DNA of 64,000 nt from the human T2T-CHM13v2.0 reference genome, Homo sapiens. Positions 26,135-40,903 of the stretch are shown piece by piece. Every line of letters starts with the position of its first letter. Position 1 is the stretch's first letter. A program made the position numbers and the translations under genes. Where the stretch lies: NCBI RefSeq assembly GCF_009914755.1, contig NC_060927.1, one strand, 5' to 3'. The notes under the pieces were generated by a model, which was given only the letters and a program-made list of their open reading frames with translations, was not told where the DNA came from and made no database searches.

Positions 26135-26350
26135 TACAATAACAACAACTGACATGGATAAAACACAGGTGCTAGGCACTATGCTAATTTTCTACAAGGA
26201 TTAGCTCAGTGTATCATTTAATTTTCACAACATCCCTAAGAGGTAGGCTCTATTTTTAATCTCCAGAAAAAAAAATACACAGAAGTTTGAAGTGAATAAC
26301 CCAAGAGTAGCATAACCAGGCTCAATCTGAAGTCTTCTTATCCAGTTTAT
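26135..26350 (-). mobile_element. MIR SINE
   Basis: gtgctaggcactatgctaa...tcatttaattttcacaacatccctaagaggtagg. Confidence 0.75.
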
Positions 26351-26384
26351 TCAGTGCCTGTGTTTTTTCCCTGATTCTCTCTTA

Positions 26385-26685
26385 GTATCCCCCTTCCAAC
26401 CAACTCTCTGAGTCTACCCTTCTACAGAAGATGAAATCTTGAAAATTATCAGTGATAACAAATCACCAAGTACAATGCTTATTCTCCATCCTGACCTGCC
26501 TACTTTTGTAATAACAACAAAACTTCATATCTATTAGGGGAGGCTAATAACCTCTGTTATGTGTTACCTCCCATAACACCACAACACTTGCAGTGCAGGG
26601 ACAAGTTCTTCTGTATGTCCGGCCACACCCACAGTGCCTTGCATGTAGTGAGTCTCAATGAATGTTCACCAAAGGAATAACGTGA
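26385..26685 (+). mobile_element. L2 fragments (also ~25920-26070)
   Basis: tgcagggacaag...cccacagtgccttgcatgtagtgagtctcaatgaatgtt. Confidence 0.5.
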
Positions 26686-28544
26686 ATAGAGACTTTTTAT
26701 AGTTTGTCATACAGCATGGCAGATTCTCGATACCCAAGGGATGAATATTTGTAAAGACTTCCTAGTCTTAGCATTGATTCTTGTGTCTCAGCACTAATTT
26801 TTGATTCACTCAACAGACACAGGTGTGTAATGAGTGTGTCATGAGTGTGTCAAAGTTTATTTTACATAATAAGCAACTTACATAGTTTAAAAAAGATATT
26901 GTAAACTTCATGGTATCCTTCTGCCAGTATTCTGCTGTGATTAAAATAGCATTTGGGGAAATCCAATAAATAAAATTATATAAGATTCAATGAGAGGGAA
27001 AAACCTAGCAACTACTGTACTTTAAAAATGACACTTAGTTCACAATCTCTTGGGTAACCAATATCAGAAAGATTTGGAGTATGCAGTAAGACTTAAAGTA
27101 ATTTTGTTTGTGTCAGAGATGTGACTTATTCTCAAGATTTACCTGCTGTATCATTTACTCTTACTCACTGATTTACTGTATAAGTTTATCAGTTACACTT
27201 AGGAGCTTGATCTTGCTTTCTACTTAAAACACACTGCAAGTCTTAACACTCGGAGGAAAGCACTCTGCAATCTGCTGCCACATTTTCCATTAATCCAAAA
27301 TTACCTTGATCTTGCTCAGATCCATAAGTCAAATGGAAGTCAAGAACAGAAGAAGAAGGAAAGAAATCAGAAAGTTTCACATTGAGCTAACTTCTAAAAT
27401 ACTTTGTGCTTTTTTTTTTTTTTTTGGAATGTTGAAGTTCTTATAGCACAGTCCTATTCCTTTCTACTCAGACCAAGATCTTATTGAGCTCCTACATTCT
27501 TGACAAACACTGGTTCCATTTTCATGGCATCACATTATATGCCCCATTATGACACACATACCTGCTGTATTAAAAGTATTAAAATTCACATTTGCTTCAG
27601 ATTAGAATTGTTAAAGCACAAAGAAAAAGAACTCTGTATTGCAAAACTATGGCTGAATCTCAAGGATGTAATATTATTCATGATTAACTGATTTGCATGC
27701 AGTTTCATCAAAGTGTATGTCTTTACCCTAAATGTGGCAAGTCCATTTTGGGGAGAGCTGTCATCATTGAGGTAAAAATAAGAGAAACCACTTTAGGCAT
27801 GCACTGCTGAATAAGCAAGCACTTGTTTCTCAATTATTCCTTAACAATTTCTACTTCTGGTTCTCACACTCACCTTCTACATTAGCAATATGACCCATTT
27901 ATTGATCGACAGATGTGTAGCCAGTGTGCTTTTGTCACTGTAATTGATCATCTAGTTTCTGAAATATTATGACTGGAGCAAAGTATTCATATTATCTTTA
28001 TTAAGGGTTTGCTTAGGCACTGCACTTGTAAATTTCAAGCTTAGTTGTTCTAGAAAAGAAAAAAAGTATTTTCTATGCAGCCAACTTAAATTTTTGTTTG
28101 TCATAACATTGCTGTGGTGCTCTGGTGTCCGCAACTATAGATAACACAGGATATGGGTGTACCGAGTTGGCACCAGTTTTATGGATGTGTCACTTAGAAA
28201 TCCCAAAGAGCATGTGTCCATGTCTCTCAATCCACCAGTAAAACATTGAGCACACTGCAGTATATGCACAATGTAAAGATCCCCTTATCCCCAGATGCAA
28301 TGGATTTTTTGGGGGGAAATACAAAAAGAAACTCAGTAACAACACTAGGCAATAGATTGTTAGCCAATGACAGGGAAACTGCTGTTGGATTTCATAGGAG
28401 AAAGAGCCAGTATTGCATATGTGGCAACAAGAAATGAGTACCAAGTTTGAAGTACAGGTCAGTCCATGATTAATTAAAAAGAATAGAATAGTGTAGGCAC
28501 AGGAAACAGTATGAATAAAGGAAAGAGATGAAAATAATTCTGAC

Positions 28545-28805
28545 ATCTAACTTTCATTGAATATTGACCCTGTGCCAGGCACAGTACTAAGTGCTTTATG
28601 CGTAAACTCATTCAGGATAAAACTAGAAATGTAGTGGGAAAAGCTTTAAACAGTAAATAAGATGGCCCAGGTTTTATTCCTGGTTCTGCCACTATGTTGT
28701 CACACTAAGATCTTTCCTTTTCTAGGACTCAGTTTTATCATTTGGCAAGTAACTGGTATGTCATGGGAAGTCCTAAAGCTTCATCCTACTCCAAATTCTA
28801 TGTGA
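28545..28805. mobile_element. MIR (-) fragment followed by MIR3-like (+) element
   Basis: tgtgccaggcacagtactaagtgcttta; cccaggttttattcctggttctgccacta...ctcagttttatcattt...tccaaattctatg. Confidence 0.65.
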
Positions 28806-28896
28806 AAATATCAACACAGGAAAAATGATCTAATATCACAATGAAAATGGGTGGGAAATGATTGTTAGGCATTGAGGCTTTAGCACAAAGATACTA

Positions 28897-29217
<321 letters not shown>

Positions 29218-29388
29218 AAAGATACTAGGATCATTCAATTGTTGAATGCTATGTTCAAGGAATTATGCCAGGTCACTTCATTTTCATACATGTGAATTTT
29301 GTAAAATGTGAGGTCCTGACAAATACTTACATGTGACTTTACATAAGAGTGACCCATTCATATGCCTATAAAAAACAGGCAGGTAATG

Positions 29389-29806
29389 TGCTATGGTTCG
29401 GATGTGGTTTGCTCAGCCCTGCCAAGTGTCTTGTTGAAATTTAATTCCCAGTGCTGGAGGAGGGGCCTAATGGGAGGCATTTGAGACATGGGGATGGATT
29501 CCTTATAAATGACTTGGTGCTGTCTTCATAGTGATGGTAAATTCTCACTCTATTAATCCCCACAATAACTGATTGTTAAAAAGGACCTGGCATCTCCTTT
29601 CCCTCTCTTTTGTTTCTTCTCTGGCCATGTGATCTCTACATGCCAGCTCCCCTTTGCCTTCTGACATGGGCGGAAGCTTCCTGAAGCAGACACTGGCACC
29701 ATGCCTCTTGTACCGTGTGCAGAACCATGAGCCAAATAAACCTCTTTTCTTTATAAATCATCTAGCCTCGGATATTCCTTTATAGCAACATAAATGTACT
29801 AAGACA
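29389..29806 (+). mobile_element. MSTB1-like MaLR solo LTR
   Basis: TG...CA ends (tgctatggttcggatgtgg...gtactaagaca); AATAAA; perfect 5-bp TSD taatg. Confidence 0.92.
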
Positions 29807-29985
29807 TAATGTAAATGAATAAACAAAATTGCATAGTGACTGGCAATCTGGAGAGCACATGTTCTATCTAAACAAGGGGGTCACTATCATTTCCTCCCAA
29901 TTGTTAGTTATGTGGGTATCATGCTATATACTCTTCTTTGCAATAATTGAGAGAGGATTCAGAAAGATGAAAACAATAATTATGA

Positions 29986-30700
<715 letters not shown>

Positions 30701-33019
30701 GTGAGACAAGAAAGTAGTGAACAGACTAAAGCGAGTACAGTAAATTTGATCATATTTCTCTTCTGGAATTAAAGTCTCGAATAAAATCTGACAGTCTCAA
30801 TTCATGCCACAGAAAACAAAATGGAAATATTAAAAATATATCACATTAAAGTGAGAGGTGGCCATGGAAATGAAAAACCACAGTTCTGGACTCCCTCGGG
30901 TGAGACAACAGACATCCCTGGGTGCTATGTCATTCAACCTATCATCAAGATCTACCTGGTCTACCTCTAGTTGCTTTTTCTACTTAGGTGCAATCACTTA
31001 TCTGTTTTTGCCTCAGTGTTGATCAGGATGGTTCATGCATTTCTATCTGAAACATTTGGTTGGATCAGACAGAGGCTTGGTTTCAAGGTTACCATTTTCC
31101 TAGTATTTAGTACTGACTTTTCTGAATTATAATTGCATATTCCTTAACTTTGTTTTATTTATCTGCCTTCCTGACTCACTGCCCATGCCAGTCCCTGGTC
31201 ACAGCAAACCCTCACACCATGCCAGGACCCCTGCTCTATCTTGTCCATAACTTCTGTATGACAACTTCTATATAATAGCTAGGTAGTCCAATTCCAGGGG
31301 GCTTCCCAAGTGTCTGTAGCTTGTATCAGTCTTTGACATGATAAACATTTTTATTTTCAAGACATACTGGGGAGCAGTCTCCAAAGGGTATATGAAGTTA
31401 ATTCATCATTAAAATACTGAACTTTTTTTTTTTTTTTTTTTTGCATCATCAGTATAGTTAAGAGCTTTACAGCCCACCTGTTAAACAGCTTCAGCAGATG
31501 CTTCTGGGAGCTGATTTTCCAGACTGTAACAACTTTATAATTTGAGCAACTTTAATCAAGATTCTTACCTTGGCAGATGCCAGCTTTTTGCTTCAATTTC
31601 ATACCAGGCTCTTCTGACACTTTGTTTGTTGAAAATTTTGCTCTTTATTTGATCCCCAATGATTTCTTGCTTCCTGAGTTCCTCTAGATTAATATCTAAC
31701 AGCTGTTTATGTATCATGTGAAAATCTTATATAATTAAGACTTTAACCCTCTACACCGTTTATTTTCAAACCTAGACTGTGTTAACTTATTCTGTAGTTT
31801 GAAGAAAGTTTCTTCCATGTCATTTCTTATGCATACTCTAAAATAAAGAGCTACTTAATGGACAGTGATATCCCACAGCCCGTAAATATTAATATGAGTG
31901 CCATTAGTTAGAGTGGAATACACTCATTTGTGAATGTTTTTAAAGAATATAAATGCTAATTTATTTTTGCATTACAGGATATATTCTTAGCATTTGGAAT
32001 CATTTTGGCTTAATTGGTATCAACTCTTCTCACATAAATAAATGAATAAATGAAACTCAAATTGCTAGCCCCCAGTGACACAAGAGAAACTGACTTCTGG
32101 CGCCTTTTTAAACCTTTTCACTGACTACTACACTCGCAATCATCCAATTAATGAGAAGAACCCTTTTGGCTGACACAATGTGGCTTTGATGGAGAATCGT
32201 AAACACAATGCATGAAGCTTGTTTGTTCCAGAAAATATCTCATTAGATATAATTAAGATACACAAAAAGGAGGTACTTAAATTCTATAGCTCATTGCCAA
32301 TCTAATATCTCAGCCATTCACAAATAAATCTCAGTCATTTTAATGCAATTGGGATTATATTGGAATTAGTAGTTTAGAGTTGATATACTGTCTCCCACTG
32401 AAAGCTTCCAAGGTGAAAGTCAAACAAAAATAAATAAAAAATATTAAATATAACATCTTTAGAAAATACTGTTTGGAAAGAGTAACTAGTTAATTATTTG
32501 GCAAAAAATAATGTAATAGTCATTTTTTGAGGTTTGGTGGTTAATGTAAAAACATATAGAGAAAGCTTACAGCATTAAGAAGCATGGGTTTTGGTTCAGG
32601 ATTCAGTGTGGCTACAGCACAAGAAAATTAATTTAGATCTTGTGGGCTGCCTCTCAAACACAACAGCAGACATTGTTTTTAAAAAGATATTACCTAAATC
32701 ATTCATGCATTAAAAACTCAATTAAGAAAAGTTTGTTGCTAAGAATGAGTTAGCAGTTTTGAGGATATGATGAGGTTTTGAGATGTAGTTCTTAACATTG
32801 AGTCTTCAGGGATTTAATAAGTTCCTTTGCGGAGCCCCTCTATGATTCTTCATTTATTTCAGCACTCTGTCTCTTGCTACAAATTCATAGAGTACAAACT
32901 TATGAATAGTCCACCCACAACAACTATTGCTATTTGTCATGACTCGTGAACTGACACATGATCATAAGAAACCCCATAAAAACAAATAAATGAGTGTCTT
33001 GACTGTCTGTATCTGAAAT

Positions 33020-33250
33020 ATCTACGCATTATGGAGTATGGACTATGTGTCAAATGCTGTACTATGCACTACTTCTTAGATTAGCCCAGGTAGCTGATCT
33101 CTTATTAGGACCATTTCTTCTTTTTCACAGGTGTGGAAACTTGGTCTCAGAGAGATGATATGGCTTGCCTAAGAAGCAGCTAACAAGTAGAGAGACGTTT
33201 TGAAGCTAAGCAGTTTGTCTCTAGAGCTTAAGCTCCTAATGCTATTCCAT
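33020..33250 (-). mobile_element. MIR SINE
   Basis: tttcacaggtgtggaaacttggtctcagagagatgatatggcttgcctaag...cagtttgtctctagagc. Confidence 0.75.
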
Positions 33251-33505
33251 TGGAACTCTTGGTATTAGTATAAGTAAACAGATTCATTTGAGTCAGATGG
33301 CTAAAGTAAATTAATGGCTGATTGCTCTGCTCAAAGTAGAGAAATAAGCTCAATAAATTCCATCTGTCCTTACATTTTTAAAGATTTCACCAGAAGAAAA
33401 CAGCTTCCAAGCCTAACCTCAGGTGAGATGCAAAACCAAAGTTTTTCTCTTTTTTAAAAATCTTTATCTGTTTTAGTCAAAGACCCCAGATTTTTACAGA
33501 GTAGT

Positions 33506-33834
33506 TGTTACAGAATATTTACTGCCCACCAATTATTCCATACACCTCCCTACACTTCCAGCCTTCTTTGCCTGTATGCTGGAGCCATGGATCTAGCTTT
33601 GCCAATCGATACTGACAGAAAATACATGTTTTATGTCTGGGCTGGGACAGTGAGTTCCTCTTTTTCCAGTGGTATCCTTAGAATCCACTTCAGATGACAG
33701 AGCTGTAAGATATAGAAGTGCTGCCTCCATATGCACTGAAATTAGAGTTTATGTAAAACTCTGATTGTATTAAGTGACTAAGATTTGGGAATCATTGTTG
33801 CTGCATTGTAGCCTAACCGAATCTGACTGACTAA
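33506..33834 (+). mobile_element. MLT1I/H-like MaLR LTR
   Basis: cacttccagccttctttgc...gtattaagtgactaagatttggga...gctgcattgtagcctaaccgaatctgactga. Confidence 0.7.
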
Positions 33835-35489
33835 AGTTTGTCAGTGAGTTAAAAATGCAGCTATGTATCCATCTATGCATGTCTTTCTGGTCACCTTGGA
33901 GACACCCTTCCTTGGAAGGCAGAAAGTGTTTTGTGTGCTAACCATTAGCAGGATGCCCAATACCGGCCCTCATCCAGAGTGAACTAACAGCATGAACAGC
34001 CCTCTGTGAGCTTAGAACATAGAAATTGGAAATGATGATGCGTGCCTAATTAGAAACTGGACTCATTGTCACTGGTAGCCTTCAGCTTGTGGCTGGGCAG
34101 AAGTCACTCTGCTCACCCATAATGAAAGGGGTGTGTAAATTTTCCATGGTGGTCACCATTGTTCCTGTGTGTTGAGGCAAGTCAGAAAAAACTGCACTGC
34201 TCTTTGGCAGAATGCCAGGAAAACCACAGACATTTGTTCAGACTCTTCGGCAAGGATGAGTTTATATCAAAATCTTGCCATAACCAAAAAGGTCAAATGA
34301 AAGGCAAGGTAATGTTGCCATCTTTTTTTCTTCTTTTTGGGAAAATATGTGTCCTTTTAAATACATGATATTCTAGATACTACTTTCCCTGATCTGAAAT
34401 AAAGTTAATATTTAAACAAAATTATGTACTATCTAATCTCCTGAGATGTACTACATCAGAATCAAATGTGTAGATATTTAAGGAAGAAAGTTTAAAGTAG
34501 ATCTCCTGGGTTTTGTGTTATAATCTGGGAATTTATTAGAGTAATCTGAGAAAGCCAAGCCCCCTTCCCTTGTCTTTAAAGACCCAAAATCATATCTCAC
34601 AGTTAAAAGAAATTTTTTTAAAATTAAGTGTCTCAATTCAGAAGATTTCTAAGCAACTCACATGTTCTGGCCACAAGTAAATTTTCCCTCATACAAATAC
34701 ACAAACTTAAAGGAAATATTAAATGCCAAATAACAATAGTTATCAGCCAATCTGCGATCCTCTATTCTGAGAATTTGTCATTACGCCTTTCAAGTTATCT
34801 CCAAATCCCACCTGCTTTCAGATCCTCAGAAGCTGGCTTTCTGTTTTGCTATGATTGCTCAATAGAAAATAAACAGATGGGGCTGAAAAAAATCCAGAAA
34901 TACAAATGGGGTAGAAACTGCCTCGGGCTTTTGAACAGCATCAGAGGAAGTTGTATTTTTTATTTTTCCTGTTTGACAAACAAATCTCTTGGAACACAAA
35001 CCTCGATATGGTTTTACTCTAAATCACCATCAAATATGTTTGCTTTTGTTTTATTTCTCTTGAAATTCACAGCTAATTTTAGGATTTATCCTTTTAATTG
35101 AGATGAGTGAATGATCAATAATTGGTATTTGAATGTATTAAACTGGGGGAAACATCCTTGTAAGACATCAGTATATATGGATTCCTTTATTTCATCGTGA
35201 AAATTTCAGGGGCACTAATCTCATTAATTGCTTTCAAATAAAGGCCATATCCATTGACAGCTGACAAAGATAAATTATGTCCAGGACAGGTTTCAGTTTT
35301 CATGCATATTCTTGCCCTTTATGTGTGGATGTCCACATACAGGGATCTAAGTTAAACATATAATTTTTTTATGTCCAATACTCTATTTTCTATGTGCTTT
35401 TTTGTTTATAGAACTTTGTCAGATAACTTCAAGTATAAGACCTTGAGGGGGAAATGGAAGGGCAGAGATGCTAAATGCTACAGCCCCAA

Positions 35490-35740
35490 AGGGATGCAGG
35501 GTGCAGTTGTACAGTTTGTATCCTGAACAAGGCGCCAGCCCAAGGGTGTAAATAGGGACTTAAATCCAATCTGAGTTCAGTTCCCCAATCCAAACTCAGG
35601 TTGGTGAGTGCTATATCGGTCTGTACTAGGAAGTTTTCAAGTTAGTCCCACCCCTGATGGGATTCAGGTGGGAAATGCAGAGAAGTCGTCTTTTTTTCTC
35701 TTTCACACAGAGACATCATATGGTCCTAGCAGTGGCCAGG
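35490..35740 (+). mobile_element. MER91A-like hAT-Tip100
   Basis: cagttgtacagtttgtatcctgaacaaggcgcc ... ttcacacagagacatcatatggtcctagcagtggcc. Confidence 0.55.
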
Positions 35741-35989
35741 TTACTCTGAAAGAAAGAAGCGAAAGCTGCTTTTGTGATTCTTTCCACTTCCAAGATGAAC
35801 CATCATGGTACCAATCCAGTTAATTCAGAAACACACACAGAAAAGGCTGAACAAGTGAGGTTAAATTAGGTAATTTTGAAATTCCAGATTCACTATGACA
35901 GTCTATCAAAAGTGAAGGAATGAAGACTGAAATGTTGACAAAATGCCACAGCTACAGCAAACTTTTGCATGGCCCTGAAAGGCAATAAA

Positions 35990-36129
35990 AAGTAGTAGTT
36001 AAGACCATAGAATTTGGATTCAGCCAGTCCACAGTGCTCTGTTCAAACTGCTAGCTGTATGTATATAACCGTTTACTACATACTCTTTATGTCCCTCTCT
36101 CTTTCTAGGTAAAATTAGCAAAAAAAAAA

Positions 36130-36161
<32 letters not shown>

Positions 36162-36240
36162 AAAAGCACTGTTCTGTGACAATTCATAATGTGCATTTAG
36201 GTGCCCCATCATGGGTGATTATTGTGCCAGCATCATGATG
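35990..36240 (+). mobile_element. MIR containing an A-rich tract
   Basis: gtagtagttaagaccatagaatttggattcag...ctagctgtatgt. Confidence 0.55.
36120..36165 (+). repeat. A27(GAAAA)n poly-A tract
   Basis: Seen directly; no Alu or L1 body upstream. Confidence 0.95.
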
Positions 36241-36324
36241 ATTATCATCATTATAGTCATTATTGCAGTCCTGAGTCTTAAATCCCATATATGAACTCTA
36301 ATTTCCTTCAGAGGAAAGTTTCAT

Positions 36325-36423
36325 TGTTAGCTCCTTGAAGGTAGGGCTGTTCATGTCTCCAGCTTCTGTCATAAACTTTGAATACAGTGTATATTCAATA
36401 AATATTTTCTGAATAACTGAATG
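36325..36423 (+). mobile_element. L2 3' terminus
   Basis: agctccttgaaggtagggctgt...ttcaataaatattttctgaataactgaatg. Confidence 0.65.
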
Positions 36424-36714
36424 TTTGAAATAGGCATTAAAAAACTCAAGTTATCCTCCTACTGTTATCATTTGCATATGTAATACACACTTTAATCCTG
36501 AATTGTAAGTAGCTCAAGTGAAGTAATACCTGGCTTGCCTACATCATAATTTCATTGTGTACATCAAGTAAGACTTTATGTACTAAAGAAATTTGCAGGC
36601 CATACAGGTTTATGCAAATATAAAGTATTTCCTTCTGTAAAGATATAGAAATATAAACATAAAAATATAAAGAGTATATACAATATTTACCTTCCTGCCC
36701 ATAAAAAATAATCA

Positions 36715-36950
36715 AAATTAATCATTTTTAAGCACTTATATGTAAGGCGTTGTGCAGCAATACAGATACATTACCTCATTTAACTTCCAAAACAACCCTG
36801 AGTTAGGCACAGTTTTACCCCCATTTTACAAACTGAAGCTTAGAAAGACCATACAACTTTCTAAAGAAAAACAGCTGCTAAGTCGTAAAGCAAAAATTTG
36901 ACCAAAGTTTATCTGACTCCAACTTCTCTACCCTTAACCACTACTCTATT
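36715..36950 (-). mobile_element. MIR SINE
   Basis: acattacctcatttaacttccaaaacaaccctgagttagg...ccccattttacaaactgaagcttaga...tctgactcc...ttaaccactac. Confidence 0.8.
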
Positions 36951-37462
36951 GTATACAGACTGAAAAAAAGAGAATATTATAATGTTCAAAGTTAACTAGA
37001 TAGTTTTCTCTATATGGTTATTCAAATGATTTTCAAAAACAATCTTCTAAGATATATTAAAAAAAAAACAAAAATGTCTCCATGAATGTGTTTCTGTTTT
37101 CACAAGTTTTTCCTGGATATGGATTTACGAGCAATTTACCTGGGAGAAATATGAAATGCACTGAGAGACTTCTTAGTGGGGAAAAATATGATATTATTTT
37201 ACAGAAAAGTCCTTCCAAAGTCCTGTCTTTTCAGGGAAATGGTATCCTATCAATTCTTAGGATAGGTGAACTTTATGAAAGCAGAGGTAAATTGTTTGTA
37301 AGTCTTTTGTCATCCAATCCATTTTAAATAATAAGTATATCAATGTAATTATAATTGTAATTTTAGCATGAATCACTAATAGTTGTTTCATCCATAATCA
37401 TAAAAGTTACAAATCAAACAATGTCAATATGTCATCAACTTATTGAAGTGCGGGAGACTTTG

Positions 37463-37651
37463 TAATGGTTCCCAAAGCATGAGCCATAAGTATGGGCAAC
37501 AGAATCATCTGAGTGCATGTTAAAAATGTATATTTTCAGGTCTTACTCTTGTTTAATGTAATCAGAATTAATGAACTTGGGATACAGAAACCTCCACCTT
37601 TGACACACCGCACACATGATTTTAATGCAATCTTGAGTTTAAGAACTTTTT
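37463..37651 (-). mobile_element. MER5A
   Basis: tggttcccaaag...cagaatcatctgagtgcatgttaaaaatg...atcagaa...tgattttaatgca...gagtttaagaact. Confidence 0.7.
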
Positions 37652-37659
37652 AGAGATAG

Positions 37660-37762
37660 AACTTCTGCCTCAGAAACTGGTCATCTAGCTCAACCCCTTG
37701 TTTTTATGGATGGAGAAACAAACCCATGTTGGTTTAGCTACTTTCCAAAGGTCACACAGCTA
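37660..37762 (-). mobile_element. MIR3/MIR fragment (more fragments ~38390-38745)
   Basis: gtcatctagctcaacccc...atggagaaacaaaccc...aaggtcacacagct. Confidence 0.65.
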
Positions 37763-39667
37763 CTTTTCCTATTCACCTTTCCATATATCTTCCAGAATTT
37801 TTATGGGTTTTATCATTTGAAAGATCCTAAAAACTTTTTTCTACCCAGCATGAGAAGATGAATCAGAAACTAGGTTAAGTGTTCCAGGGAGATGAAAAAT
37901 TAGTAGATTTTCATGTTAGGATACAACCACAGTGAAGCTTGCCATGCTCTTACTCACTTCTGAGCTCTGCCTTAATGTTCTATCAAACTAAGCTGTGAGT
38001 TAGGCTGTGGGTAGAACAGTGCCTTCCTCAAGGACTTGTTACTAAATGACATTTAAGTACAATAAGCCATGATTATAGTTGACTATGGAAATAATAAGTA
38101 AAATCAGTCAGTTGCCTGCAACTCTGCTTGTCTTAATGATTGATATCAGGCTTTCCCAAATCTAGACAATAAGATCACTTTTCCATTGATTGACTAACAG
38201 GCCAAGAGGGATAATGTTGTGAACGTTTGCCAGGCCACATTTCAATTACCTGTCTGGTATAGAACTGATATTGAACAGTTGCAGGTATGGCCCGAAGATT
38301 TAAGATTCATTAGACTTATAATCATACCAGAATGAGAACAAACCAATCATTATTCTACCAATTGAAAAAATAAAGCTTAAAAAGTAAAATGAGCCTTAAA
38401 ACTTACCTGACAAATTCCTTAACTTTATAGAGAAGGAAACAAAGGCCCTACAAAGTCAAATAATATATAATAATATATACAGAGTCACATAAAAATACAG
38501 TGGCAGATCTGGGGCAGTAATCATAATATCAACTTTAATTCAAACATGATGCTAAGTACTTTATATTCCATTAGCTTATTAAACTTCCATTAGCAATGAG
38601 GAAAATAAATTTCAAAGCGGTTAAGATTTTAGAGTGATTGCCTAAAATCACATATCTAGTATATAGAGAAGCTGAGATCTAAACCATTATATCAGAATCA
38701 TGATGCTTAGACCCAGGTCTAACTTTTCCTGTACCATCCTGCTCTCACACTTTCAATTTCCACTAAACTGGTTTAGTGCCTCTTCTTCAGTGAAACTCTT
38801 GATGTTGAATTGGTTTTGTATCCCAAATTGGGCTTCACCAAGGCTTCAAGAAACACTTTATTGCCAAGCTACTAGAAGTCAGCAAATGAAAAATATAAGA
38901 TGAGTTTATAAGCCAGTCAAGGAAATTCTGTGCTTCCAAATGTCACTGCTGTCATTTAGATGATTAGCAGATTTGCAGAGCAACTGGAAGCTTGGGACCA
39001 ACTTGAAGCATTACTTCTCTTGGTAATGGACGGGGCACATGAGATCAGGATGTGTCATAAATGGCTACTTATGTAGCAAAGTTCTCAGATAATGAGATAA
39101 ATGGAAATGACGGGAAACACATGTACAGAGAGAGATTGAGAGAGAAAGAGAAGGCACTAAAAAAGGAAAAGAAGCCCAGAGTAGGAAACCAAATAAACCA
39201 ATAAAGTTGCTGGGCAAAGCACATATATGCTTGCAATGAAGACTACAAGGGAAACTCATCTACTTCCTTGTACAAAAGGACAGCTGCAGTACATCTGCTG
39301 CTTTTGTAGAAGCAGAAGCAGTTAAGAGAAGAATAAAATACAGAGAAGATCTGCTGCAAGCTGCCTGTTAAAAAGCAGCCATTCTGTGGCTGACACACCT
39401 GTAAAGGAAAAATAATACCAGCCGTACATGTTAAAGGAAACTGCTGGGGCACCAGCCCAGTGAACAGAGATGAGGTTCAAATCTGATTCTTCTACTGATT
39501 AGAATGATTGTGACTATTGTTGTAACTGTTTTTATTAATTTAGTTATTACTATTATTTCAGACATTTTAAATGTTAAAAATATTTGGGGCCTAAGAACAT
39601 AGATTTACATAGATTTCAGAAGTAGCATCTAACACTATGTACAGGCCATGGTTAACAAACAACCTGT

Positions 39668-39954
39668 GGGCAAGGCACAGTGCTGACCTCAGCACTTTGG
39701 GAGGCTAATGTGAGAATATTGCTTGAGCCCAAGAGTTTGAGACCAGCCTGAGCAACATAGTGGGACCTCGTCTCTATAAAAAAGTAAAGAATCAGCCTGG
39801 AATGGCGGTATACTACCATAGCCTCAGCTACTTGGGAGGTTGAGGCGGGAAGATTGCTTGAGCCAGGGAGGTCAAGGTTGCAGTGAGATGAGATCATGCC
39901 ACTGCACTACAGCCTGGGTGACAGAGGGAGATTATGTATCAAAAGAAAAAAAAA
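39668..39954 (+). mobile_element. AluJ
   Basis: attgcttgagcccaagagtttgagaccagcctgagcaacatagtg...gaggtcaaggttgcagtgag...A tail. Confidence 0.92.
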
Positions 39955-40069
39955 GTGCGTATAAATACCTGACATTCATATCAACAGTCATGTGGCAGCC
40001 ATGTGAAGATGGCCAGTGAATGGAGAGTTCCCTTCAAAGATGGATACAATTGCAACAAGTGGACGGAAT

Positions 40070-40290
40070 GAGATGCAAAAAGGGATGGAGGCAGGGAGTG
40101 AAAGGATACACATAAAAAGATGAAAGCAATTTGACAGTAGAATATGACGTATGAAGGGTTTGTCAAAGAGATAAGATGGTAGGTGGAGGCAATGTCATAG
40201 AAGGCTGTGGGGGCAAGGCCTTACTGTATTCTATTCACTAAGCGATGGACGAGTTATTGACAGTTTTGAGACAGTTGTGTGGTACGCATG
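40070..40290 (-). mobile_element. L2 fragment
   Basis: ggtaggtggaggcaatgtcatagaaggc...tattctattc...gatggacgagttattgacagttttgag. Confidence 0.5.
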
Positions 40291-40519
40291 AAACATCAAA
40301 TTAACCACCAACTACCAATCTAAGGAGACATAAACCTTTATGAGCACAAAATTCACACAGAAATTGGAAGGAATTTTCTCTATCATAAGTGGAAATAGGG
40401 CCATATAGCATTCCCATAACAAAAGTTACAGGGAGATTTCCAAAGTCCTCTTTCCAAAGTCCTTTTTCCAAGTTACAGATTTCCAAAGTTTCAAAAATGA
40501 ATAACTTTCACCTTCTTGA

Positions 40520-40903
<384 letters not shown>

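Noticed and set aside
34628-35101. 157-aa ORF in unique DNA
   Set aside because: GTG start, no recognisable domain, composition typical of non-coding AT-rich DNA
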